In this document: positions 9,269 to 18,781 of the stretch, one piece after another
Layout of the letters: the number at the start of each line of letters is the position of its first letter
Numbering within the stretch: the stretch's first letter is position 1
Source of the DNA: Candidatus Woesearchaeota archaeon
GTDB taxonomy: Archaea; Nanobdellota; Nanobdellia; SCGC-AAA011-G17; GW2011-AR17
DNA: 27,049 nt
Assembly (NCBI GenBank): GCA_964485975.1
Contig: CAZAKS010000001.1
Location: 1 to 27,049, forward strand
Direction of reading: 5' to 3'
Program-made: the position numbers and the translations under genes
Notes under the pieces: generated by a model
What the model was told of the DNA's origin: nothing
Database searches by the model: none
Seen by the model: the letters and a program-made list of their open reading frames with translations, nothing else

Positions 9269-9782
9269 TTTCAATTGGATAGTATTGTGGTCCCTCTCTT
9301 TTTAATACAGATTTGTATAATGTAAAAGAATTTATTTCAAACTCTATTGGTTCTATTTCTAATTCCTTTATTGAATTATGGAAATCATCTTTTTTCTTTA
9401 TCCCTTTCATTCTTCCAAGAGTTATATGGGTTTCAAATCTTTGTTCTTTTGAAAAAGCCAATAGTTCTGCATCTATAGTTTGTGCTAATTGATAGACTTC
9501 TTCTTTGGGTTCTACACCCAACCATATAATTTTTGGAGTTTTTTCATTTGGAAAGAAACCAATTTGAGATAATTTTACTTTAAATGGTTTGAATTTTATT
9601 GTCTTTATTACTTCTTTTATTTTATCTACTTTTTCTTCAGGCATTTCTCCTAAGAATTGCATAGTTATATGGAGATTCTTTTTTGAAGTCCATTTTACTT
9701 TAGCCCCTTTGATTTTCTTGGGGAGTTTGAATAGGTAATCTTTTACTTCTTTAGGTAGATCTATTGCTATGAAGGTTCTCAT
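9252..9782 (-). CDS. thpR: RNA 2',3'-cyclic phosphodiesterase (2H family, LigT)
   Basis: MRTFIAI start; two HxT motifs (HITMQF, HITLGR); LYKSVL. Confidence 0.93.
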   Translation of the reverse strand: MRTFIAIDLPKEVKDYLFKLPKKIKGAKVKWTSKKNLHITMQFLGEMPEEKVDKIKEVIKTIKFKPFKVKLSQIGFFPNEKTPKIIWLGVEPKEEVYQLAQTIDAELLAFSKEQRFETHITLGRMKGIKKKDDFHNSIKELEIEPIEFEINSFTLYKSVLKREGPQYYPIENVEMS

Positions 9783-9805
9783 GGTTTAGAGGAATATATT
9801 GATAT

Positions 9806-10507
9806 TTATAAGAATTCTGCTATGATTTTGGCTGCTATTTTTGAAGTGATGTTATTGATATCCTTATCAGGATTGACTTCTACTAGATCTAGAGAGTTTA
9901 AGTTATTTAGATTTCTTAATCTTTGTAAGTAGTATAATAATTGTCTTGTGCTTAATCCTGCTGGTTCTGGGTATGATACTCCTGGTGCAAATGCAGGATC
10001 TAAAACATCCAGATCTATTGAAATATGGAAAGATTTTAGTTTTCTTAATTTTTCCATAATTGCATCACAAGATTCTTGGAGTTTTATTCCTTTACAAGTA
10101 AGATATGTTATTCCTTTTTCTTTGAAATAGCTAATTTCAGTTGGATGAGGATTTCTTATTCCTATAACAAAAATATTATTTGGAGAAATTATATTCTCTT
10201 CTACTATAAACTTTAACCAATCTAAATGTGTGGGATCATCAAATTGTTGGAAGACATCTGGATGAGCATCAAATATTACTAATCCTTCTGTTGGATTTTG
10301 TTTTAGAATATGATAAGATACTGTATGGTCTCCTCCAATGTAAATCTTATCTGAAGGTATTGAATCTAGGGGTGCTTCTTGTGCTTTTGGTGGACTTATT
10401 TTCTTAAAACTTTCATTACTATAGATCCCATTAAATTGATCTAGAATAGATTTTGGAGCCTTTTCACAAGCTGAATGTTCTCCATCTGAATAGGGTAGTA
10501 ATATCAT
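9806..10507 (-). CDS. Arginase/agmatinase family ureohydrolase
   Basis: GGDHTVS, FDAHPD, SIDLDVLDPAFAPGVSYPEPAGLS and VEVNP. Confidence 0.9.
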   Translation of the reverse strand: MILLPYSDGEHSACEKAPKSILDQFNGIYSNESFKKISPPKAQEAPLDSIPSDKIYIGGDHTVSYHILKQNPTEGLVIFDAHPDVFQQFDDPTHLDWLKFIVEENIISPNNIFVIGIRNPHPTEISYFKEKGITYLTCKGIKLQESCDAIMEKLRKLKSFHISIDLDVLDPAFAPGVSYPEPAGLSTRQLLYYLQRLRNLNNLNSLDLVEVNPDKDINNITSKIAAKIIAEFL

Positions 10508-10532
10508 AGAATTTAAGAAAAATAAATGGTTT

Positions 10533-11549
10533 TTAAGGGTATGCTTTTTTAATTAATGCCTTATTTTTGAATCCTTTTCTTATTGGTTCTAAAAGTATAT
10601 TTATTTCATTAGCAAGGGCATTTTTTAGATCCATAGGATGTAGTTTTTTAGCAACATAATCTTTATCTAGAGCACTGTAAGATTTGTATTCTACATTCCC
10701 CCCAAATTTTTCAGGTCTTTCTATTATAAAAGTTTCATTTTTGTCTTCTTTTAAAACAAAAACAACATATCTTAAGAAACTTAAAACTCCATTATCCTTT
10801 ACTTCACCAGCTGGACAGTGTGCTTTGTTTAATTTAGTTTTTACATCTTCAGGTGAATCCAATAAATCTATTTTTGACTTAAAATCTGAAGCCGACATTT
10901 TTACCCCTTGTAATCCGGGGATTATAGGCGTCATTATTTCTATCCTAGGTTTATAGCCTATTGAGGGTAATCTCTCTCTTGCTAACATAAATATTTTCCT
11001 TTGATCTACTCCACCATATTGCATATCTACTTTTAGATATTCTTCATCAAGTGCTTGCATTAATGGGTAAATTAGTCCTGAAAGCTTAGGATTTTTCCCA
11101 AATTTAACTACCTCTGCTCCGGCCCTTTTACAATCATTAATACTTGTGTATGAAGCTAGTTTAAACAAGTCTAAAACATAATTTTTATTTAATTGAAAAG
11201 AAGATCCTTTTATTGTTTCAAAGTTTTTTGCATCTACACCTATTGATTTAAATGCTAACCTTATTACATCATCATAGTAGTTATATCTATGTTCTAAAAC
11301 ATCCCAAGGAGTATTATCTAAAGCAGCATGTAGATCTGCAAGTAGTAATTTAACTTTTAATCCAGCTTTAAGAAAATCTCTCATTTTTATAAACCACATA
11401 AAATATCCAACATGGGGTCTTCCAGTTGGAGTAGTTCCTAGATAAACTACTGGAGTTTTTTTCTTTTTGAGTAGATCCTTTAATTCTTTTTCTGAAACTA
11501 TCTCTTGTGTGTTTCTTTTGATTAAATTGAATCTTTCTGTATTATCCAT
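10533..11549 (-). CDS. tyrS: Tyrosine--tRNA ligase (archaeal type)
   Basis: PTGRPHVGY (HIGH), YPLMQALD, GGVDQRKI and KMSAS. Confidence 0.96.
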   Translation of the reverse strand: MDNTERFNLIKRNTQEIVSEKELKDLLKKKKTPVVYLGTTPTGRPHVGYFMWFIKMRDFLKAGLKVKLLLADLHAALDNTPWDVLEHRYNYYDDVIRLAFKSIGVDAKNFETIKGSSFQLNKNYVLDLFKLASYTSINDCKRAGAEVVKFGKNPKLSGLIYPLMQALDEEYLKVDMQYGGVDQRKIFMLARERLPSIGYKPRIEIMTPIIPGLQGVKMSASDFKSKIDLLDSPEDVKTKLNKAHCPAGEVKDNGVLSFLRYVVFVLKEDKNETFIIERPEKFGGNVEYKSYSALDKDYVAKKLHPMDLKNALANEINILLEPIRKGFKNKALIKKAYP

Positions 11550-11570
11550 AGATGTTGAAATGGAGTGTAT

Positions 11571-11587
11571 TTTTATAAATTTATTGG
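11571..11587. repeat. 17-bp direct repeat, copy 1 (TTTTATAAATTTATTGG), containing the tyrS TATA/BRE
   Basis: Identical to 13932-13948. Confidence 0.85.
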
Positions 11588-11613
11588 TGAGACCACAATA
11601 TTTCTTGGTTTTA

Positions 11614-12834
11614 TTATAACTCTTCAGAATTTAACAAAACATAGTCTCTATAAACTGCATTGGCATTATAGTCTTTTACAACTGCTTCAAAATTTTCATA
11701 GCCTCCAAGGGGCTCCATACTATAATATTCTATTGGAGAAAATTTCGAAACGAGTCCCAATCTATTTCGATAAGGGTTCTGTATCATAAGGGATTCTGGA
11801 AGCAAAAAATAAGTATAATCATCGCTGCCACCTGTATAGTCAAGTACATAAGGGTGAGTAATTCCAAGAGTGTGGCCTATTTCGTGAAAATATCTAGCAT
11901 CAAAAGTGTAGGAAGGATCTCTAAGTACTACATTGCATCCATCTTGCCCATTAGGTCTTGCTAATGGAGATAAAACAGTAGACTCATCCAGTACAGAAAT
12001 GTAAATATCTATATTCAAATCTTCAGATTTGCATACGGGGTGGTTATATTCATCCAAATCTCCATAAAAATATTCCTCTCCATTTGTATAAAGGGTTGTG
12101 CCTGGTCCAGAAAAATATTTTATTGAATCAACAAAATAAACATATCCTGTTGAAGCTTGGGTCCCATCAGGTTTAAAATATGGTAAAGACCAATAACCTG
12201 GTTCTATATAGGGTGGAGCAGAGGGAGTGTAAGCCATTTCTGTGATCTCACAAAGTTCACATGAAAAAATATCTTCGTATTCTTCTTCTATTATATTTCT
12301 AGTTACAATGAAAAAGGGATTATTTGGATCTCTTCCATAAGCAATGTTTAAGTTATTTTGGAAATCTTCTATAGCCATATGGTCCCAAATTGGATAGTCC
12401 AAAATTGAATCTGGATCTTTGATGTAATTTATATTAACTTTCATTGTCTCTTCAGATTTAAATGCTCTCATTCTTTGGTTGGGATTATTAAAGTTTAGTT
12501 TCATTAATATATCATACCAAGCTAGGTATGCAAACCCCATTTCATCTTTCATTCCATCAATATAAGTATCAATAAAATCCGGCTCATATCCTTTGTCTTG
12601 CATCCATGTAAAAAGGCCATAGAAAGTATCAATACAATATCCTAAACTCTCTAAACAAAATTCATTTTCTGCACATTCAAAATCGCCTTGACAATGACCC
12701 CTACATTCCCCAAGAACACAAAGTTCCTGATCATTTTCATAACAAAGATAATCTCCAAAAAAATCATAATTGTGTGCTGATGTGTCTACATAATCACAAG
12801 TTGATTCCCCCATTTTTTCACCATAAAACCCCAC
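11614..12834 (-). CDS. Metzincin-type zinc metalloprotease domain; C-terminal part of an interrupted gene
   Basis: HEIGHTLGITH (HExxHxxGxxH) and Met-turn SLM. In frame with the upstream ORF across a single TAG at 12886-12888. Confidence 0.75.
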   Translation of the reverse strand: MGFYGEKMGESTCDYVDTSAHNYDFFGDYLCYENDQELCVLGECRGHCQGDFECAENEFCLESLGYCIDTFYGLFTWMQDKGYEPDFIDTYIDGMKDEMGFAYLAWYDILMKLNFNNPNQRMRAFKSEETMKVNINYIKDPDSILDYPIWDHMAIEDFQNNLNIAYGRDPNNPFFIVTRNIIEEEYEDIFSCELCEITEMAYTPSAPPYIEPGYWSLPYFKPDGTQASTGYVYFVDSIKYFSGPGTTLYTNGEEYFYGDLDEYNHPVCKSEDLNIDIYISVLDESTVLSPLARPNGQDGCNVVLRDPSYTFDARYFHEIGHTLGITHPYVLDYTGGSDDYTYFLLPESLMIQNPYRNRLGLVSKFSPIEYYSMEPLGGYENFEAVVKDYNANAVYRDYVLLNSEEL

Positions 12835-12885
12835 ATAAAATGGATGACTATTCTCAAAACATCCCTCAATACCATTCTGAACCCC

Positions 12886-13911
12886 CTATGCAGTTACTTG
12901 TACAATTGTGCTAGATTCTTCAGGTGAACCATAATCTGGATCATAACAATCTTCGCATTTGCCATTTACACAAATTGGTTTATCAAGAGGACAATCAAAA
13001 TCTACCCATCCATTAACTCCAGTACAACGAATGATTTCTTCATCTTGTGTATCCATGCTTTTACAATCTGAATCATAGTCATACCATGTGGCCTCTCCAA
13101 TTGAACCACCAAAATAATCTAAACAACTTTTCCATCCTTCTTTTTTAATTGTTTGTTCATTATAATATTCTGTTGATACATAAGTCCCACTTTCAATATG
13201 ATTTGCCCTGGCCTTAGAAGAAATTTTACCATCTTGGTCAATATCACACCAACCACCATTTCCATTATTATAATCAATTTTACCATCTCCATCATTATCG
13301 TAACCATCATCGCATTCAGGTTTAGAGGGAGGAGTAACTTGAGTAGGTTCTTGAATTAGAATTGATTCTCTCTGTATTGTTAATAAGTTTTGTTTATTAT
13401 TCATATTTAAAGCACAAGTATTTCCTTGACAAACCATTCTTCCATCTCCAGGACATTCAGCATCAAATTCACAAAATACAATATGATCTTCAGAAATACA
13501 AGTGTTAGGATCATAACATCTTTCAGGAGGAGGCATTCTAACTAGACAGTTTGGATCTTCAATTATGCCACAAGTATCAAGATATTTAGTTAATTGTTCA
13601 GCCCTATATTTTTCTGGAGAACAGTCTTTATCACATTTTCCAATTTTTTCTCTAAAACTACATTTTCCATCCCCACACCCCCTTTTAGTAGTTGTCTTTG
13701 TTGTTGAAGTTGTACTTTCAGTTGTGGAACAGTCTTCTGAACAACTATCTAAGATTTTTTCTTTAATATTACAAACCCCATCCCCACAACTTCCAGCAAT
13801 ACTTGGAGGATTTCTTGTTCCATCTCCAGTTATAAATTCAAATATTCCAGCATAAACTATAGAGCAAGATAATAAGAATATAACAAGCGAGATAAACACC
13901 AACTTTTTCAT
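12886..13911 (-). CDS. Secreted Cys-rich surface protein; N-terminal part of the interrupted metzincin gene
   Basis: Signal peptide MKKLVFISLVIFLLSCSIVYA; two CGDGxC...C..DC repeats; Thr-rich linker; CDDGYDNDGDGKID Ca-binding-like motif. Confidence 0.8.
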   Translation of the reverse strand: MKKLVFISLVIFLLSCSIVYAGIFEFITGDGTRNPPSIAGSCGDGVCNIKEKILDSCSEDCSTTESTTSTTKTTTKRGCGDGKCSFREKIGKCDKDCSPEKYRAEQLTKYLDTCGIIEDPNCLVRMPPPERCYDPNTCISEDHIVFCEFDAECPGDGRMVCQGNTCALNMNNKQNLLTIQRESILIQEPTQVTPPSKPECDDGYDNDGDGKIDYNNGNGGWCDIDQDGKISSKARANHIESGTYVSTEYYNEQTIKKEGWKSCLDYFGGSIGEATWYDYDSDCKSMDTQDEEIIRCTGVNGWVDFDCPLDKPICVNGKCEDCYDPDYGSPEESSTIVQVTA

Positions 13912-13931
13912 AAATATATATTGCTTGTCAA

Positions 13932-13948
13932 TTTTATAAATTTATTGG
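13932..13948. repeat. 17-bp direct repeat, copy 2, containing the TATA/BRE of the Cys-rich gene
   Basis: Identical to 11571-11587. Confidence 0.85.
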
Positions 13949-14004
13949 AAATCTTTCAGGATTTGGTGGTTTAGCTTCTTAAATTGAAATTCTACTATCT
14001 TATC

Positions 14005-14340
14005 ATGAAAGAGAAGGTTTTACTAAGAATTGCTTGGATTACTTCTTTTGTAGGGGTTTTGTTTCTTTTGATATTATGTTTCTTTCTTAGAGAAAGAATT
14101 GATATTGGAATAATTGATGATAGCTATTTAGATGGATCTATTTTTGTTGAAGGGAGAGTTAGTGGGATAAGGGAGAGTTCTAAAATAACTATGTTTGATT
14201 TAGAAGATGATTCTGGTAAAATTAAAGTTGTTGTATTTACTGAAGAAAAGATCTATTTAGAAGAGGAAGTAGGTGTTCAAGGAACTCTTACTGAATATGA
14301 AGGAGAATATGAAATTATTGCTGAGAGGATTTTAGAATGA
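14005..14340 (+). CDS. Membrane-anchored OB-fold protein
   Basis: N-terminal TM helix, then IFVEGRVSGIRE...MFDLEDDSGKIKVVVF...VGVQGTLTEYEGEYEIIAE (OB-fold strand pattern). ATG 14005 preferred. Confidence 0.75.
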   Translation: MKEKVLLRIAWITSFVGVLFLLILCFFLRERIDIGIIDDSYLDGSIFVEGRVSGIRESSKITMFDLEDDSGKIKVVVFTEEKIYLEEEVGVQGTLTEYEGEYEIIAERILE

Positions 14341-15524
14341 TATTTTTTGAAATTATATTAGCTACTTTGTTAGGAATTAGTTTAGGTATAGTTACAGGGT
14401 TAATTCCTGGAATACATGTTAATTTAATCTCTGTTCTATTGCTTAGTTTGTCTGTTTATTTATTGGATTTGGTATCTCCTTTGATTGTTTGTGTGATTAT
14501 TATTTCAATGGCAATAACTCATTCTTTTTTGGATACTATTCCTTCTGTATTTTTAGGTGCACCAGATCCAGATACTGCACTTTCAATATTACCCGGACAT
14601 AGATTATTATTAGAAGGGAAAGGATTTGAAGCAGTAATATTAACAGTTATTGGTTCTTTAGGTGGTTTAATTGTATCATTAATGTTTATTCCTCTTTTGT
14701 TAAAGATTGTAGAAATAATCTATCCTGTGATAAAGGCATATATTGGTTATTTTTTAATTTTGGTTTCTGCTTTTTTAATATTAAAAGATAAAAAGAGATT
14801 GTGGGCTTTGACTTTATTTTTACTTTCTGGTGCTCTCGGGTTTGCGGTTTTGAATCAGCCATTAAAAGAAGGGTTATTTCCTTTGTTTTCTGGATTGTTT
14901 GGTATTAGTATGTTGTTGGTAAGTTTGAAAGATAAAGTACAGATACCTAAACAAGAATTTAATGATGTTGAGAGTATTGGAAAAGGTAAGGCTATTGGTA
15001 GTGCTTTTGTTACTGGTTGGATTTGTAGTTTTATGCCTGGAATGGGTCCTGCTCAGGCTGCAATTATTGGTTCTCAGTTTGTTAATTTAACTGAAAGAGG
15101 ATTTTTAATTTTAGTAGGTGGTTTGAGTACTGTAAACATGGTTTTATCATTAGTTACTTTTTATGTGTTAGATAAGGCTAGAAATGGTGCTGTTGTGGTT
15201 GTTTCTAAGATTATTGATGTTTCTTTTAATGATTTTTTAATTTTTTTATCTGTGGCTTTAATTGTGGGTGGAGTTGCAACGATTTTAGCTTGTAAGTTAT
15301 CAAAGATATTCTCAAAGATATTGGAAAGAGTTGATTACAAGAAACTTTGCATTGGAATTATAATTATGATTTGTGTTTTGGTTTTTGTCTTAACTGGGTT
15401 TTTAGGGAGTTTAGTTTTAATTGTGAGTACAGCTGTGGGTTTGATCCCTAATTTGAAAAATATTGGAAGAAATCATATGATGGGTTGTTTGTTGATTCCA
15501 GTTATATTGTTTTTTATTATTTAG
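14337..15524 (+). CDS. Tripartite tricarboxylate transporter TctA-like permease (archaeal type)
   Basis: GLIPGIHVN, THSFLDTIPSVFLGAPD, LPGHRLLLEGKG and the internal repeat PGMGPAQA. Confidence 0.88.
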   Translation: MIFFEIILATLLGISLGIVTGLIPGIHVNLISVLLLSLSVYLLDLVSPLIVCVIIISMAITHSFLDTIPSVFLGAPDPDTALSILPGHRLLLEGKGFEAVILTVIGSLGGLIVSLMFIPLLLKIVEIIYPVIKAYIGYFLILVSAFLILKDKKRLWALTLFLLSGALGFAVLNQPLKEGLFPLFSGLFGISMLLVSLKDKVQIPKQEFNDVESIGKGKAIGSAFVTGWICSFMPGMGPAQAAIIGSQFVNLTERGFLILVGGLSTVNMVLSLVTFYVLDKARNGAVVVVSKIIDVSFNDFLIFLSVALIVGGVATILACKLSKIFSKILERVDYKKLCIGIIIMICVLVFVLTGFLGSLVLIVSTAVGLIPNLKNIGRNHMMGCLLIPVILFFII

Positions 15525-15559
15525 GAGGTTATTTAAAATATAAAGAATATTTTTTTAAT

Positions 15560-16072
15560 ATGGAAGAGGAAGAATATGAAGATAGTAAGCTAAAGAAGGT
15601 TTTAGTAACAGGAGGTGCTATTTTTCTTATTTTGCTTGTTCTTAGCTACATGTTAACAAGTTTTGGTGTTGGAACAATATTAGCAAGTATGATTGAAAGT
15701 GATAAAATTGAAGGTGATTCTATTGATACTGGTGAGTTTGTTGTTGTTTTTTTAAATAATACTTATGAGGAAGTTTTAGAAGTTTACAATGAAGATTTAA
15801 GTGTTGAAACTAAAATGTGTTTATTTGGTTATTATGATGGAGATTATTATGTTACTGAAGTGTTAAAACCTATTATTCACTCCCAATCTTTTAATCAAGT
15901 GGTTTCAGAGGGTTGTCCTGAAGAGGTTTTGATTAGTTTACATTCACATCCTTACAAACAATGCTTGGCTTCTGAGCAAGATTTAGATAACTTGATGGGT
16001 TCCAAAGAAGTAAATCCTAATGCTTTAATTGGAATAATTTGTGAAGAAGAGAGATTCTCTTTTTATAGTTAA
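15560..16072 (+). CDS. Membrane-anchored JAB/MPN+ (JAMM) domain protein
   Basis: One N-terminal TM helix; E(TKMC)...HSH-x7-S-x2-D (HSHPYKQCLASEQD). ATG 15560 preferred. Confidence 0.75.
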   Translation: MEEEEYEDSKLKKVLVTGGAIFLILLVLSYMLTSFGVGTILASMIESDKIEGDSIDTGEFVVVFLNNTYEEVLEVYNEDLSVETKMCLFGYYDGDYYVTEVLKPIIHSQSFNQVVSEGCPEEVLISLHSHPYKQCLASEQDLDNLMGSKEVNPNALIGIICEEERFSFYS

Positions 16073-16103
16073 ATTTAAATATATATTTTGTTCTATATTG
16101 TTT

Positions 16104-16763
16104 ATGGGAAAAAGGGGATTTTTTGATAAAATTTTTAATCGATCTGAAAAAACAATTGTTGATGGCACTAAAGATGTAGAAGATGCCCTCTATAAAACAG
16201 GTAAAACCATTAGTAAACAAGTTGACAAAACTACAGATAAACTGTTTGGTGATGCCTTAAAAGAGTTTGAGGAAGTTGGTAAGGACTTTGGCCATATGTC
16301 AGATAGATTTCTTAATAATTTATTGAGAGAAGAATGGTACATTAAAGGAATTTATGCTAAAGATATTATGGATAAAGCTAACAAAATAAAAGAGCATGAT
16401 AGTGTTAAAAAAGTAATTAATAAGTTGAAGACTGGTGAAGATAGTTTAATTGTTATAAGAGGGAAAAATAAAATTGTAGGTCTGATTGATGAATTTACTT
16501 TATTAAAACTTGCAGTTTCTCAAGATGATATTTCTTCACAAGATGTTGTAGGTTTTATGGGTGCAGGTTATGATAGGGGATTTACTGCTAAACATGCAAG
16601 TGATTTGATGAAAACAGATATTTATTTTGTTACTCCTTCTACACCCATTGAAAAGGTTTCTTACTTGTTGTATAAAATGAGATTAAGGGCTGTTCCTGTT
16701 GTTAAGGGGAATAAAATTGTAGGTGTGGTTCATGTTAGAAATATTGTAGGTAGTTTAAAATGA
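16104..16763 (+). CDS. CBS-pair domain protein with helical N-terminal extension
   Basis: AKDIM...KIVGLID and SDLMKTDIYFVTPSTPI...RAVPVVKGNKIVGVV. ATG 16104 preferred. Confidence 0.85.
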   Translation: MGKRGFFDKIFNRSEKTIVDGTKDVEDALYKTGKTISKQVDKTTDKLFGDALKEFEEVGKDFGHMSDRFLNNLLREEWYIKGIYAKDIMDKANKIKEHDSVKKVINKLKTGEDSLIVIRGKNKIVGLIDEFTLLKLAVSQDDISSQDVVGFMGAGYDRGFTAKHASDLMKTDIYFVTPSTPIEKVSYLLYKMRLRAVPVVKGNKIVGVVHVRNIVGSLK

Positions 16764-17968
16764 GTGAAGCAGTAGCAATAAGCAATGTGATATTATCTTT
16801 ATTTGTTCTACTTGGGGTTTCTGTTATTTTTGGTGAACTTTTTGAGAGAATTAAACTAGATGCTGTTGTAGGTTATTTAATTGCAGGTTTATTACTTGGA
16901 CCTTCTTTATTAAATTGGATCTCTCCTCATGCTATTGAAGATTTTGCTATTATAGGTGCTATTCTTATTTTATTTTTAGCAGGATTAAAAGAACAAGATG
17001 CTAGTGCTCTTTACAAAAATAAAAAAGCAATGTTCTTAGGTATTGGTGTCTTAGTTGTCACTTTTTTTGTAATTTTTGCATTTTTAATGAGTCCTTTAAT
17101 GCCTTGGTTATCTGGAAAAGAATATACCTTTTTACAAGTTCTATTTATTGCCTTGGCTTTTGCTGTTGTTGATTTGGGGGTTCCAGCAAAGATCTTACTT
17201 TCTAAGAAATTGTTAAATACTGAATTTGGACAAACTGTTTTGAATGGTGCAGTGATAAATGTTATTGCTGGTTTGAGTATGTTAACTGTTTTGACTTTGT
17301 TCTTTTCTCCAGAATTTTCAACTATAGCATATAAATTATTGGGTGTGTTGGCATTTATTGGTTTATTTTTAGTATTATTCTTCTTAGTATCAAGATTAGG
17401 GAGATATATGGTGTTGTTGGAGAGTGAAGAGATTCAATTTACTCTTACATTTGTTTTGATTTTAGTTTTGGCTTTCTTAACTGAAACATTGGGTTTTTCA
17501 AATATTTTAGGAGCTTTCCTAGCAGGTATTGTTATTTCTAGAGCTCATTTTGCAACTTCAAAGAGTTTTATGGATAAGTTTAAAGCTGTTTCAATGGGAT
17601 TGTTTATTCCTTTATTCTTTGCTTGGTTTGGACTAGAATTACAATTATGGGGAGAGATGGGGATTATTGCTAACTTCGGTGTTGCTTTGATATTTTTAGC
17701 TCTATCATTAATTCCTAAGTTTGTTGTTACTTACTTTATTTGTAAGGCAAATAAGATTAAAGCTCCTGCATTGGTAGGGAGTACTATGCTTAGTTTAGAT
17801 GTAGAGACTTTGATTATTTTATTATTGGCTGTAGAAATTGGTGTATTTCCAAACAATGAGATTTTGTCTATATTTGCACCAACAGTATTAATTACTACAA
17901 TACTTGTTTCTGTATTGGTAATTGTATTTATGAAAATTGAGAAAAAAGATTTAGAAAGAAGTGATTAA
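16760..17968 (+). CDS. Cation:proton antiporter (CPA2/Kef-type), no C-terminal regulatory domain
   Basis: VVGYLIAGLLLGP, ILILFLAGL, LGAFLAGIVIS and FIPLFFAWFG. ATGA overlap with the CBS gene. Confidence 0.88.
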   Translation: MSEAVAISNVILSLFVLLGVSVIFGELFERIKLDAVVGYLIAGLLLGPSLLNWISPHAIEDFAIIGAILILFLAGLKEQDASALYKNKKAMFLGIGVLVVTFFVIFAFLMSPLMPWLSGKEYTFLQVLFIALAFAVVDLGVPAKILLSKKLLNTEFGQTVLNGAVINVIAGLSMLTVLTLFFSPEFSTIAYKLLGVLAFIGLFLVLFFLVSRLGRYMVLLESEEIQFTLTFVLILVLAFLTETLGFSNILGAFLAGIVISRAHFATSKSFMDKFKAVSMGLFIPLFFAWFGLELQLWGEMGIIANFGVALIFLALSLIPKFVVTYFICKANKIKAPALVGSTMLSLDVETLIILLLAVEIGVFPNNEILSIFAPTVLITTILVSVLVIVFMKIEKKDLERSD

Positions 17969-18261
17969 TCTCTTCCTGCTTTTCTTATTGCCAGTAGTTT
18001 TTCTTCTTCTTCTTCATTAATAACTTCTATTTCACCAGCCACTTCTTCACTTCTGCTTTCTTGAATATTTGCTTCTATTATTTGGCAGGCCTCATCAATA
18101 TGTGTAGAAGTTATTCCCCTTCTTTTTAGAAGATTGACAGACTTAATACTACTATTAACTTTACTAATTTGGTCTTGTAAAATTGCTTTTTTCATATTTG
18201 CAAGTTTTACAAATTCCAAAATTGCTTGATCTAATGCCAGTTTATCCATTTGATTTATCAT
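17965..18261 (-). CDS. Hypothetical helical protein
   Basis: 98-aa ORF filling the gap, with an AT-rich promoter upstream. Confidence 0.6.
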   Translation of the reverse strand: MINQMDKLALDQAILEFVKLANMKKAILQDQISKVNSSIKSVNLLKRRGITSTHIDEACQIIEANIQESRSEEVAGEIEVINEEEEEKLLAIRKAGRD

Positions 18262-18301
18262 AACAAAAAAGTTTATAAAGTTTTATGTCGTGTATTGGAG
18301 T

Positions 18302-18736
18302 ATGGCTTTAGAAATGGGTTCATTGATGATCATGCCTGCCCTTGTTATGGGTATTATAATTGGTATTATTAATTTAATCATGATGATTAAAGATGAGACC
18401 GGTTCTGCTAGCTCAGTTATAAGCCATGGAGCAACTGCTTTTATTTGGGTTATTGTATTTGTATTCTTATCTATGAATTATACTTTAGTCCTATCTATGA
18501 TACCTTCTTTGCAGAATGGATTTTTTGGTAATGTTATTGTAATAAGGTTGATTCTTGGATTGATTTCAGCTATTTATGTACATGTACACTCTGGATTGTT
18601 TAAGGGTGCTAGAGGGGCTGGAATGCATGAGACCTGGCTTCATAGTTTTGGATTGGGTCTTTTAGTTGCTATTTCACCATATATTTGGCCTTTTTTGGCT
18701 CCAATGTTACCTACTTGGATGGGTGGAAGTAGTTAA
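18302..18736 (+). CDS. Hypothetical membrane protein (about 4 TM helices)
   Basis: GGAG directly before ATG 18302; hydrophobic segments with conserved-looking His residues (SHG, HVHS, HETWLH). Confidence 0.75.
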   Translation: MALEMGSLMIMPALVMGIIIGIINLIMMIKDETGSASSVISHGATAFIWVIVFVFLSMNYTLVLSMIPSLQNGFFGNVIVIRLILGLISAIYVHVHSGLFKGARGAGMHETWLHSFGLGLLVAISPYIWPFLAPMLPTWMGGSS

Positions 18737-18781
18737 TATAAAAACAAAATTCTTTTATAATTCATTTAATTTGAAAATAAT

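Noticed and set aside
12886-12888. Genome-wide TAG recoding (alternative genetic code)
   Set aside because: TAG ends full-length genes at their expected C-termini (traB 4786, GGR 6627, hef 9161), two of them against convergent genes.
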